Below, one piece after another: positions 35,550 through 44,831 of a stretch of 64,000 nt of DNA. A program made the position numbers and the translations under genes. A model generated the notes under the pieces. The model worked only from the letters and a program-made list of their open reading frames with translations, ran no database searches and was not told the DNA's origin. The stretch is from a virus (taxonomy: Duplodnaviria > Caudoviricetes), in the IMG/VR virus record IMGVR_UViG_3300020050_006168, positions 17,976 to 81,975 of that record. One strand, written 5' to 3'. The stretch's first letter is position 1. Each line of letters opens with the position of its first letter.

Positions 35550-37085
35550 ATGTCTAAAAAAGAATTACTTAAAAAGGGTAAGACCTTTATTGTTGCTAAT
35601 GGTAGGTACCCAACTAACCCTGAGCTTATTGCTATGGGTATGGCCAGAACTACAATGAGAGATCAGTTTGGTAATCTTGCTGGTTACCTAGATGAATTAT
35701 ATAAAGAATCTAGAAACCTCATCTTTGATTTGAATAAAGAAAATATTAAAGATATTAGTACTAAGAAGAATAAAACATTTATCATTACTACTGCGGTTAC
35801 TGGAGATAAGGTTGAGCCTAAGGCGCTAGCATCTATTAATACTTTCTGTAAGAAGTTTAATGCTAAGCTTATTGTTCATGTAGCTAAAGGAAAGAAAGCC
35901 TTAGGTCAAACACTGGACCCTGCTTTACGTAACTATGATATCTGTCTTAAAGAGATTAACCTAAATACAAATGTAAAACTTATTCCTGTGTTTCAATCTA
36001 GCGGTAAGTCAGACCCGGCTTCAGGGGGCTTACCTCGTACTGGCAAAAGAGATAGTAGTATTATTGTTGCATCTCCTAAGCAACGTCTATTATATACAGC
36101 TACTGGTATTGATAAGCTTCCTCATGCCATTATGGGTACTGGTGCTATCACTAGACCAGCATATGAACGAACTGCTATCAGTGGTTACATGGCAGAGTAT
36201 GATCATGTAATGGGTGCGGTAATCGTTGAGATTAAAAATGATGAGATCTTCCACTTCAGACAAGTACAATTTGATGAGCACGGGGGATTCGTAGATCTAG
36301 GAACTTATGTTCGTGGTAATAAAATTACTAAGATGAAACCTAGTGCTATGGTACTCGGTGATTGGCATAGTGGTAAGTGCATGGCTTCTGTTGTTAATGC
36401 GTCTAAAACTATTACAACACAGCTAGGAATCCCTCGTTGGATTTTACATGATATTTTTGATGGTGGTAGCGTTAGTCATCACAATGAAGGTAAGCTATTA
36501 CTTCTAGCAATGAAAGCTGGAAAGCAAGAACTAAACTTAGACATGGAGTTAAACAACTTAACTCAAGATTTAAAATGGATGACTACATTCTTAAAAGAAA
36601 TTGTTATTGTTAAATCAAATCATGATGAGCATCTGGAAAGATATCTAGATGAAGGTAGATTTATGAAAGACCCGGCTAACACAGAACTATCTATTACATT
36701 AGCTGGCGCTATGTTAAAAGGTAATAGCCCGGTTCAATACTACGTAGAGCAAGGACTTAAATCAGATAAACTAATTTGGCTTAAGAGAGATGAGTCATAT
36801 ATGATTGCTGGTATTGAGTGCGGCGCTCATGGTGACAAAGGAGCCAACGGCTCTAAGGGTAGCATTGGTTCATTAGAGAAAGCATTCGGCGATTGTGTAT
36901 TCGGTCACGCTCACACTCCACAGATCCTAAGAGGTGCTTGGTGTGTAGGTACTACTACAGACACACATGCGGACTACGGAGCAGGACCTAGCAGTTGGAT
37001 GAATACCCATTGCTTGGTATATCCAAATGGATCTAGACAAATGATTAATTTTATTCAAGGTGAATTTACAATTAGGGATTTATGA
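35550..37085 (+). CDS. T5 A1-like calcineurin-fold metallophosphoesterase
   Basis: LGDWH; HDIFDG; SNHD; HGD; GHAH; C-terminal GPSSW..THCLVYPNG. Confidence 0.72.
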   Translation: MSKKELLKKGKTFIVANGRYPTNPELIAMGMARTTMRDQFGNLAGYLDELYKESRNLIFDLNKENIKDISTKKNKTFIITTAVTGDKVEPKALASINTFCKKFNAKLIVHVAKGKKALGQTLDPALRNYDICLKEINLNTNVKLIPVFQSSGKSDPASGGLPRTGKRDSSIIVASPKQRLLYTATGIDKLPHAIMGTGAITRPAYERTAISGYMAEYDHVMGAVIVEIKNDEIFHFRQVQFDEHGGFVDLGTYVRGNKITKMKPSAMVLGDWHSGKCMASVVNASKTITTQLGIPRWILHDIFDGGSVSHHNEGKLLLLAMKAGKQELNLDMELNNLTQDLKWMTTFLKEIVIVKSNHDEHLERYLDEGRFMKDPANTELSITLAGAMLKGNSPVQYYVEQGLKSDKLIWLKRDESYMIAGIECGAHGDKGANGSKGSIGSLEKAFGDCVFGHAHTPQILRGAWCVGTTTDTHADYGAGPSSWMNTHCLVYPNGSRQMINFIQGEFTIRDL

Positions 37086-37603
37086 GTTATCTACAGGATG
37101 ACCTTAAGAAGTTAATCAAGTATGCTCAAGGCTTGGGACTCAGGGTTGTGATTAAAGATTATGATGGATCAGGTGATGGTGCTGGCTGGACAACAGATGG
37201 CACTGAGATTACATTGTTTAAATGGAAGAATCAAACTGTAACGCGAATGATCCTTAATCTACTACATGAACTTGGACATCATATGTCTTGGGTATATTCT
37301 GGTAGAGCTAAAGATAAAAAGATAGAGACGGCTCTTGATCTGGAAGATCAAAGAAAAAGTAAACATTCGCCAGTTATTCCTAAGAGATACCGTAAGCTTA
37401 TATATGAATCTGAAGTAAAGGATGCTGAATACAGAGAGCAGATTGCTTTAGAAGTAGGATTACGCATACCAACTTGGAAAGTAAAAGCAGATAAAGACCT
37501 TGACATTTGGTTATATAAGATGTACTATGACACTGGAAATACTCCAACCATGAAAGACTCTAGTGCTAAATACAAAGAACTAAAGGATAAATACCGTGGA
37601 TAA
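37082..37603 (+). CDS. zincin-like metallopeptidase (HExxH)
   Basis: LLHELGH; downstream E..A. Confidence 0.6.
   Translation: MSYLQDDLKKLIKYAQGLGLRVVIKDYDGSGDGAGWTTDGTEITLFKWKNQTVTRMILNLLHELGHHMSWVYSGRAKDKKIETALDLEDQRKSKHSPVIPKRYRKLIYESEVKDAEYREQIALEVGLRIPTWKVKADKDLDIWLYKMYYDTGNTPTMKDSSAKYKELKDKYRG
37500..37528 (+). promoter_or_regulatory. internal sigma70 promoter
   Basis: TTGACA-17 nt-TACTAT with TG extension. Confidence 0.65.
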
Positions 37604-37771
37604 AGCTATTCAATTTAAATTAACTTTTCTTGATGGTAGTGATGTAATTTGGACTTCTAATTCATCAGTATTACAATACGCAATTGCCGATCTTATTTCA
37701 AAGAAGTTCTATAATGTTGATGATATTCATTACAACGCCAATCATTTGTTTAGCTGGGAAGTAGTTAAATA

Positions 37772-38059
37772 ATGCCTAAGCGCAAAGAGCGAGATGGTAT
37801 TGAATTTTGGAGAGGTAAAGTTCGTGAGCTTCAAAAAGAAAACATTGCATTAAAGAAACAAGTTCGTCAATTACAAAAGACAGAACATCTTTATGAGGAT
37901 GTTATATTAGGAAACAAAGATGCTGCGTTTGAAGAAAAGGTTTATGAACCTCATTGTATTCATTGTGGCAAAGGTAGAATTAAAACATTAAACATACTGG
38001 ATAGAATATTTCAGGAATGTGACGTCTGTGACTACAGGAAGAAAATTGGTGGACCATGA
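37772..38059 (+). CDS. coiled-coil + zinc-ribbon protein
   Basis: CIHCG...CDVC. Confidence 0.65.
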   Translation: MPKRKERDGIEFWRGKVRELQKENIALKKQVRQLQKTEHLYEDVILGNKDAAFEEKVYEPHCIHCGKGRIKTLNILDRIFQECDVCDYRKKIGGP

Positions 38060-38418
38060 AAGCATTTAATAAAAGAGCCTTTGTCCTGTCAGGACTTAGA
38101 CGTATGAGCTACCGATGGCCGTCCAGATACCTAGCACAGAAAGCGGCTAAGGTTGAACGAGGCTTATACTTTTGTAATATATGTGGTTGCATTGATAAGA
38201 AAAAGAACTTTCAATTAGACCACGTTATTCCTGTCATACCTATTGAAGGGTTTGGAGATGGAGTATCTTGGGACTGGAACCAGGTTGTAGAAAGAATGAT
38301 GCCTGATGAGATCTCAGGTTACCAAATGCTTTGCAAGGGCTGTCATCAAATCAAAACTAAAGAAGAGAATCTTAAACGAGTAGACGTACGTAGAGCCCGT
38401 AAAAAAGAAAATGCTTGA
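38056..38418 (+). CDS. HNH endonuclease
   Basis: CNICG; LDHVIP; YQMLCKGCHQIKT. Confidence 0.85.
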   Translation: MKAFNKRAFVLSGLRRMSYRWPSRYLAQKAAKVERGLYFCNICGCIDKKKNFQLDHVIPVIPIEGFGDGVSWDWNQVVERMMPDEISGYQMLCKGCHQIKTKEENLKRVDVRRARKKENA

Positions 38419-38443
38419 CATTTGGCCTGATTCTTGCTATACA
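38415..38443 (+). promoter_or_regulatory. sigma70 promoter
   Basis: TTGACA-17 nt-TATACA with TG extension. Confidence 0.65.
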
Positions 38444-38458
38444 TATCATGAGGTGTGT

Positions 38459-38764
38459 ATGGAATCTATTCTTGCTAAACTAAGAGCCTGGGCTGATCGT
38501 GGTGTCAGTATGCCTATCATACGTGACCCAGTTACTGACATGCCTTCTATTACTCTTACATTCCCCTATATTGCATTCGCATTAGCAGTCCATGCAGTTA
38601 TCCAGTTACTAGGAGTTAATACTCTCTACGGTACTGTAGCTGCGTTATTGCTGTGGCTTATGGCTACAATCCTATATTTAATTAGAAAACTAAATAAAGT
38701 CAAACTTGACGTTGATGATCAAAGCTTAGAGCTAGAAGGTGGTGACAGTGAACAAAAGTCTTAA
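38459..38764 (+). CDS. 2-TM membrane protein (holin candidate)
   Basis: two TM helices; charged C-terminus; gaggtg RBS. Confidence 0.5.
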   Translation: MESILAKLRAWADRGVSMPIIRDPVTDMPSITLTFPYIAFALAVHAVIQLLGVNTLYGTVAALLLWLMATILYLIRKLNKVKLDVDDQSLELEGGDSEQKS

Positions 38765-39158
38765 ATCTCTATTAGTACTTATTGCTATTGGGGCTGCAGG
38801 GTATGGCGTAGGCCGTTACTTACAGCCAGCTAAAATTGTTGAAGTTGAAAAGGTTGTGGAAAAAGAACGTAAGAGTGTTGAGACTGTTGTGAAGGAAATC
38901 ATTAGACCAGACGGTACTAAAGAAACACAGACGACTAAAAAAGAAGTAACTAATAAAGAACGTGATACAGATAAAAGTAAAACAATTGAAGCATCTAAGC
39001 CTCAATACTTTATTGTTGCTGGCTATGGTCTAACTCAAAATGCTTATACACTTAATGCTAACAGACGAATTTTAGGTAATATCTATGCTGGTGTCTATGG
39101 TACATATAGCGAATTATCTAAGGTCAATGCGGGGCTTACAGTAGGATATGAGTTCTGA
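38748..39158 (+). CDS. N-anchored periplasmic protein with C-terminal beta strands (spanin candidate)
   Basis: TM LLVLIAIGAAGYGVG; charged linker; ends GLTVGYEF. Confidence 0.5.
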   Translation: MNKSLKSLLVLIAIGAAGYGVGRYLQPAKIVEVEKVVEKERKSVETVVKEIIRPDGTKETQTTKKEVTNKERDTDKSKTIEASKPQYFIVAGYGLTQNAYTLNANRRILGNIYAGVYGTYSELSKVNAGLTVGYEF

Positions 39159-39585
39159 TAAGTCAGTAAGTGATTTACTACAGATATTAAATGATTCTTC
39201 TCCTCATGCTGATCACGTCACTGAGGTTGAAAGATTCATTGCCGATATGCAGATAGAACATTCTGATACAGAGAAGGTTCATGCATCAGTTATCTATTGG
39301 TTTTATATGAAATGGAAAGCATCTGGTGGTGGTGAAGAAGGGATTCTTTTAAATCGGTGGAGATTCTTTACCAAGTTTATTAAGTACTTTCAGAGGGGAA
39401 GACACAGGAGTGTGTTTTATAAAATAAAGAAAGAGAAGTTTTTAGTTAGTAGAGCAGAGAAGAAACTAATTAAAGCTGATTTTAAATCTGAAAGGAAACG
39501 AGCCAAGTGGCGAAACGCACAAAGAAAACAAAGAGCACGATTAAAGCTAAGAAAAAAAGAGATCTTAGAAAATACCCAGGACTAG
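39148..39585 (+). CDS. hypothetical protein, D5/P4-primase C-terminal wHTH-like
   Basis: VERFI...IYWFYMKW...FFTKF..YF pattern. Confidence 0.45.
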   Translation: MSSDKSVSDLLQILNDSSPHADHVTEVERFIADMQIEHSDTEKVHASVIYWFYMKWKASGGGEEGILLNRWRFFTKFIKYFQRGRHRSVFYKIKKEKFLVSRAEKKLIKADFKSERKRAKWRNAQRKQRARLKLRKKEILENTQD

Positions 39586-39941
39586 ATAAGACCTTATTCT
39601 CTAAGATTAAACAAGAGTATCATGACATTGATTATGCTCATAAACTAAATGACAATGAAAAGAAATGGCTAAGCCAATTCATGGAAGAAGACTTAGGGGC
39701 ACAACTTAATCCTGATACACTAAAGAGTAAGTATAATCGTAAGGCTCTTAATAAAACAAAGACTCAACGTAAGGGATGCTTTGATAGAAACAATCACAGG
39801 AATGTAGATATATACGGGGTTGGCCGGGCTACTGGTAGACTAGCGGATATAAAAGCGCCAGCAATTGAATCTTACCTAGAAGAGCAAGATCAAGAAAGCT
39901 ACGAAGACTATCTTATTAAAAAGATAGACAGATCTAAATAA
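39507..39941 (+). CDS. basic hypothetical protein
   Basis: last + strand ORF; converges with the late operon. Confidence 0.6.
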   Translation: MAKRTKKTKSTIKAKKKRDLRKYPGLDKTLFSKIKQEYHDIDYAHKLNDNEKKWLSQFMEEDLGAQLNPDTLKSKYNRKALNKTKTQRKGCFDRNNHRNVDIYGVGRATGRLADIKAPAIESYLEEQDQESYEDYLIKKIDRSK

Positions 39942-40206
39942 GACCCATTTCTCTTAGGAAAGTTGCAACAGCAGCAATTCCGATAATAACTCGGATTGTC
40001 CAATTGATCCTATTGTCAGAAGTTTCTACTCTAACAACTCGATCTTGTAGTAACTTAACTTGTTCATCAGTCATGTCACTGCGTTTAATATGATGAGCAA
40101 TATCACTGGTGTTTTGTGCCATAGTGATTTTAACTTCAGTCATATCTTCCTGAACTTTATCAAGCTTACTTTCGAATCTTTCCATTATCTCATTGAGCTT
40201 CATCAT
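39934..40206 (-). CDS. coiled-coil + C-terminal TM protein (XhlA-like holin candidate)
   Basis: ESKLDKVQEDM coiled coil; VIIGIAAVATFL TM. Confidence 0.55.
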   Translation of the reverse strand: MMKLNEIMERFESKLDKVQEDMTEVKITMAQNTSDIAHHIKRSDMTDEQVKLLQDRVVRVETSDNRINWTIRVIIGIAAVATFLREMGLI

Positions 40207-42331
40207 CTGACTCCAATAATTGTCTGAAGGCTGGTTGCTGCATAAGTGTAAACATAACAGCTTTTCGTTTAGCTGCTGGTTGATCTATAATATTTCTAAT
40301 GACTGGAGCAAACTTACTGTTCTTGCTTTCCAATTTCATTGCCAATTTATTTAATTGATCAGGCACCATATCATAAAGGGCTCTGCCCATTTCAGGCAAT
40401 CTAGTTTTATCAAATACAGCAGAGGCTTTACCAGCACCAGATGCTAAGTATAAAGACTTACCTCTAGCGTTAAATGGTAATAGAATATGATTTTTTACAT
40501 CAGTAGCTAAGAAAGACTCAGACTGAGCTGACTTCATTAAGTATTCTTTTTTAGATAAATCCATAAGCTTAGCGGTTACTTGCTCAATTTTATCAGCGTC
40601 AACTATTCCTTTATTTGCTAACTCAAGAGCAATGCCCTTAGCAGTTTCAATACGTCTACCCTGATTAGTATCTGGATCTTTAGCCATACGTAAGAACATA
40701 TCTTTAATCTTTTCAGCAGCAGTAATCTGTGCTTTCTTTAGATCATCACCTTGAATACCACCATGATCAATACCAATTTGAGCTTTGATATCACCAAGGC
40801 TTGATCGTAGTCCATTAAGTTCAGATTGAACCACTGGGTCCATTGCATTCTCTTTAGCAAGACCTTTCATAGTTAATCCTGTGTCAGCAAGAACAGCATT
40901 CTTTCTTGTTGAATCATTCCCCATATTAAATAGATCAAAAATATCTTGACCTTTTTTAGCTACTTCTTTTAAAGTATCGGGATCAAGCTCTGGTCTACCA
41001 ATAACTTCTTCTGTTCCTGTCGTAACACCAGGTTTAATCTGTTCCGCTTTAATTTGAGTTTTACCCGTAGGAGTAACAACCTCACTCTTAACGTATTTCT
41101 GCCCAGTGATAGGATCAATTTCTTGACCAATTTTAGGGTTGTACCCTTTGTCATAAGTACTTTTTATTTTATTAAATATCTCTTCTTCTAGTTCTAATTT
41201 ATTTCTAGAAGGGTCACTGTCAACAATATCTTGAGCATATTTGGAAGCAAGGTTTCTAATAGTAGCATCAGACTCTACCTTACCTTTACCAAGTTTATCT
41301 TGTAATTTTTGAGTAGCATTATTAATACCATCTAAATCATTAACAACAGATGTCTCTTTATTGCTTACTTGACCAACAGCATTAAGATATTCTTCAATCT
41401 CAGCTCTACCTCTGTCATAATTTTTATCACGAACTTTAACATTATCTAATGCTTTAGTTACTTGGTCTCTGAATTCTTTAAAGTTTAAACTCTTACCTTG
41501 CGCAGCGGCTTCTTTATACGCAGCATCGTATCGTTCACTAACAGCTTTTCCTAGATCAGTAGTCATCATAGGAATGTATTCATTTTTAATTGTATTGAAT
41601 AATCCCTCAGTTGTCTGAGTTAGATTTTGAGGAGTGTTGAAATTAGGATCAGCTTTTGCGTAGCTAAACATGTCAGTAAGATCTTTACCGTACTTAGATC
41701 CTGTCCAGAAATCTTTAGTTTTACTAAGACCTTTACCAATAGCACCCATTCCGGCACCCATTACACCACCGATACCAGCACCCTCAAGCGTATCTACACC
41801 AGCGTCCTTAACTTTACCTAGGTCAGTAGGGTCAGTTAGATCTGCTTCAGAAGTACCAAGACCAAATAGTCCGCCAGCAATAGCACCTTGTTTAGCTAGG
41901 GCAGCAACACCAGTAGCGCTTCCTGCACCAGGAACTGGGACAGCTAAGCCACCGGCTAGATTACCAGCAAGGTATGTAAGAGGATTTTCTTCTTCGGCTT
42001 GTTTGTAATTAGATCTTGATTCATCTCTGTGTTTTTTATAGTTATCAACCATTGATGTATCGCCACCAAGTAAATCCATAAAAGATTCACCACCTCCGGT
42101 AAGCTCATCAGCAAAGCCAAAGGTTGCCCCCTGCGCTGCGCCACGTAGCCCAGATTCGGTTTTAGATATTGGTTCAATCTCTGGCTCAGTTTCTTTAACG
42201 GGCTCAGCCTTAGGCGTGCTAGGGCCTGAGTGAAGGGCTTTAAGTTCCTCATCTGATAATGCAGAATAATCAATAGGCTCACCATTGTGTAGAGCTTTTA
42301 ATGTAGCATCAGATAATTTACTATAATCCAT
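40190..42331 (-). CDS. internal virion/ejection protein
   Basis: N-terminal DYSxLSDxxLKAL x2; Gly/Ala-rich membrane-type segments (GAAQGATFGFADE); last in tail operon. Confidence 0.7.
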   Translation of the reverse strand: MDYSKLSDATLKALHNGEPIDYSALSDEELKALHSGPSTPKAEPVKETEPEIEPISKTESGLRGAAQGATFGFADELTGGGESFMDLLGGDTSMVDNYKKHRDESRSNYKQAEEENPLTYLAGNLAGGLAVPVPGAGSATGVAALAKQGAIAGGLFGLGTSEADLTDPTDLGKVKDAGVDTLEGAGIGGVMGAGMGAIGKGLSKTKDFWTGSKYGKDLTDMFSYAKADPNFNTPQNLTQTTEGLFNTIKNEYIPMMTTDLGKAVSERYDAAYKEAAAQGKSLNFKEFRDQVTKALDNVKVRDKNYDRGRAEIEEYLNAVGQVSNKETSVVNDLDGINNATQKLQDKLGKGKVESDATIRNLASKYAQDIVDSDPSRNKLELEEEIFNKIKSTYDKGYNPKIGQEIDPITGQKYVKSEVVTPTGKTQIKAEQIKPGVTTGTEEVIGRPELDPDTLKEVAKKGQDIFDLFNMGNDSTRKNAVLADTGLTMKGLAKENAMDPVVQSELNGLRSSLGDIKAQIGIDHGGIQGDDLKKAQITAAEKIKDMFLRMAKDPDTNQGRRIETAKGIALELANKGIVDADKIEQVTAKLMDLSKKEYLMKSAQSESFLATDVKNHILLPFNARGKSLYLASGAGKASAVFDKTRLPEMGRALYDMVPDQLNKLAMKLESKNSKFAPVIRNIIDQPAAKRKAVMFTLMQQPAFRQLLESDDEAQ

Positions 42332-43827
42332 TATAATCCTCGTCTTTTTAACTCAGCAGCAACCGCATCTTTATCAACGTTCTTTTCGATATTAGATGTT
42401 GGGTTAGATTCAAATATATTCTCAGGCAATCCTTGTTGCATTAACATTAGTTTCCAAGCTTCAGGTTGTTTCTTGGCAAGATCAGCATACGATGAAAGCA
42501 TTTTTTGTGCTTCTCGTTTGATTTGGGTATCAGCTAAAGCTTTTTCTCTTTCTACAGTTTCCATCATCTTATCAACAAATTTAGCTTGGCCAGCTCCTTT
42601 TGGTATATTAGATATATAAGATGTCAATTTTGAAATATCACCAGAAATACTTTTAGGTATAAGTTTATCAGTGCCCGAAATAGTAGCAGCACCTTGAGAA
42701 AGCATTGCATCAAGTGATTTTGCTAATTCAACAATTTGAGGGTTAGTCATTTGACCCCTAGGTTGTTGATTTACTAATGTTTCTATCGCCTCAGAAGAAC
42801 GTAAAATATTACCAGATTTACCAAAAGCGGTACGTCCTGAAGCAATAGATGCTGTAATCATTTTATTAGCTTTGTCTAAACGACCAATATCTACATTTTC
42901 TTGTTTTGATTTAGCCTGTTCCGCTTTAGATGCATTACGGTCTTTAGCCATCTCTTTACGATTTTCATTAGCTTCAAACTGACTTACCATATTGGCTAAG
43001 TTATTTTGACCAAACAGATCTTCTACTTGTTTACTAGACATTGTATTAGTTACTTTGGATGCTAAGTCTTTTCTACCAATTCTAGTTAAAGAATCAATTA
43101 CCGAAGCTCTAGCTACCTTAGATAGTTCGCTATTAGGATTACGTTGAGCATCAGCATCACCGGCTTCGGCCCTAGCCTTAGCAATATCAAGATCAAATTT
43201 AGTATTCTCTTTAGTTCGTTTTTCTCTATCAAGGAAATCACTAAGATCCATTTCTGCAATCTTTTTAAGACCATCAAATTTACCTGGCTCATAAGCTAGG
43301 TGTCCTTGACCGGCAATAGCTGTACCAATCCTGTCAGCAGACTCGGCTAGTTGTAAATTACGAAGCTGATCTTTTCTATCGGCTTGTAATTGTTTCATCA
43401 TATCATCAGCCGTTGGTGCTTGTGGTACCGGTGGTTGAGCAAGAGGTGGAACTGGGGCTGGTGATGTATCAGGTTGTGGCATAGGAGGAGCCATGTTAGG
43501 CTTAGCCATAGGCTTCTGGTCAAGTATAGAAGGCATGTCAATGGCAGGAGCTGTGTCGTATGAAGGTGCTTTTAGCGCAGCCATAGACTCCATTGTTGTA
43601 GGAACAGGGGTTGCAAGTGCATTACCCTGAACCATATTAGATTCAGGGGACTCAGTGTAATTATACAATGGAGCCTGAATTCCAGGAGGTGATAACATAG
43701 GACTAAGAATAGAAGGCTGGTCCTTCATAGGGTCCATAGGTGACATAGGGTATTGTTGGTTCTGAGCCTGGGGCTGAGAACTCTGACCTAGAGAACCTAA
43801 TAAGTTTTTAAGAAAATCTAAATCCAT
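42331..43827 (-). CDS. internal virion/ejection protein
   Basis: Pro/Gln/Met-rich N-terminus, helical remainder; position. Confidence 0.6.
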   Translation of the reverse strand: MDLDFLKNLLGSLGQSSQPQAQNQQYPMSPMDPMKDQPSILSPMLSPPGIQAPLYNYTESPESNMVQGNALATPVPTTMESMAALKAPSYDTAPAIDMPSILDQKPMAKPNMAPPMPQPDTSPAPVPPLAQPPVPQAPTADDMMKQLQADRKDQLRNLQLAESADRIGTAIAGQGHLAYEPGKFDGLKKIAEMDLSDFLDREKRTKENTKFDLDIAKARAEAGDADAQRNPNSELSKVARASVIDSLTRIGRKDLASKVTNTMSSKQVEDLFGQNNLANMVSQFEANENRKEMAKDRNASKAEQAKSKQENVDIGRLDKANKMITASIASGRTAFGKSGNILRSSEAIETLVNQQPRGQMTNPQIVELAKSLDAMLSQGAATISGTDKLIPKSISGDISKLTSYISNIPKGAGQAKFVDKMMETVEREKALADTQIKREAQKMLSSYADLAKKQPEAWKLMLMQQGLPENIFESNPTSNIEKNVDKDAVAAELKRRGL

Positions 43828-43829
43828 AA

Positions 43830-44831
43830 TTAAGTTGCCTTTCTGGAAAAGGCAGAGAGTAGAGGGTTCTCTTCATCTTTTTTATCTTTAGCTAAAGATG
43901 CAAATCCTGTGCCAAGTCCACTACCAATTCCTGAGTACATTTTAGCAGTATCCGTAGCTTGGCCTGCATTTAGATTAGCCATATTTTGGTATCCAGCAGA
44001 AACTCCACCAGCTTTTTTAATAGCATTATCAAAGTTATTCTGCTCAAGACCTTTATTAAATTTCTGTTGATCATTTCTTGTATCGACATTTTTGTTAGAT
44101 AAATTCTGATTAGCAGCAAGATTAATCTCTTGTGCTCTATTACCTCTATCTACATTTCTCATTTGAGAATTAGTTCTTTGGTTGGCATTGAACTCAGCAA
44201 TAGCATCTTGTTTACCGTATAGATCTTTTTGTCTACCATAGTCGGCTTGCTGTAAGGTATTACCTAGAGATCCCGCTCTGTCAGAAGCATCTAATTTTCT
44301 TTGTGCAGCAATAGATGCAAGTTGTAATGCTTGTTCTGATGCTTGATTAGAACTTCCTTGAGCTGAAGCTAATTGTGCTGCAAGCTCATCACCAGATCCA
44401 CCCATACCACGAGCTGCTCTATTTTCTAAGATAGCTTTTTGATTGGATGTATTCTGTTGATTGGATTGATTTAACATACTTTGTAATTGAGCACGGTCTA
44501 CGTCAGGTAGTCCTTGCTCAGCAACCTGAGACATTTTAGCCAATGCAGACATAGTTGCTTCGTTATACTTAGGATCGAGATTTACGTTCTGTAAAGCCGT
44601 ATCACCAAGCTGTTGTGTAGTTTCAGTAGATGGAGTTAAGTTACCTTGAGATTGGTACTGTTCTAAAGCAAGACGCATCTTTTCAATATCAGGAAGATTA
44701 ATATTAGTATACGCAGCAAGCGCTGCTTTCATATCATTTTCAGAATTCTTTTTAGCTCCGGCAGCAGCTTCGCTACCCAAGATTCCAGATACTATTGGTA
44801 AGCCTATTGAGGCAATTGTAAGTGGGTCCAT
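43830..44831 (-). CDS. internal virion/DNA-transfer protein (P22 gp7-like)
   Basis: MDPLTIASIGLPIVSGILG start; Q/N/A-rich; Gly-rich C-terminus. Confidence 0.7.
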   Translation of the reverse strand: MDPLTIASIGLPIVSGILGSEAAAGAKKNSENDMKAALAAYTNINLPDIEKMRLALEQYQSQGNLTPSTETTQQLGDTALQNVNLDPKYNEATMSALAKMSQVAEQGLPDVDRAQLQSMLNQSNQQNTSNQKAILENRAARGMGGSGDELAAQLASAQGSSNQASEQALQLASIAAQRKLDASDRAGSLGNTLQQADYGRQKDLYGKQDAIAEFNANQRTNSQMRNVDRGNRAQEINLAANQNLSNKNVDTRNDQQKFNKGLEQNNFDNAIKKAGGVSAGYQNMANLNAGQATDTAKMYSGIGSGLGTGFASLAKDKKDEENPLLSAFSRKAT

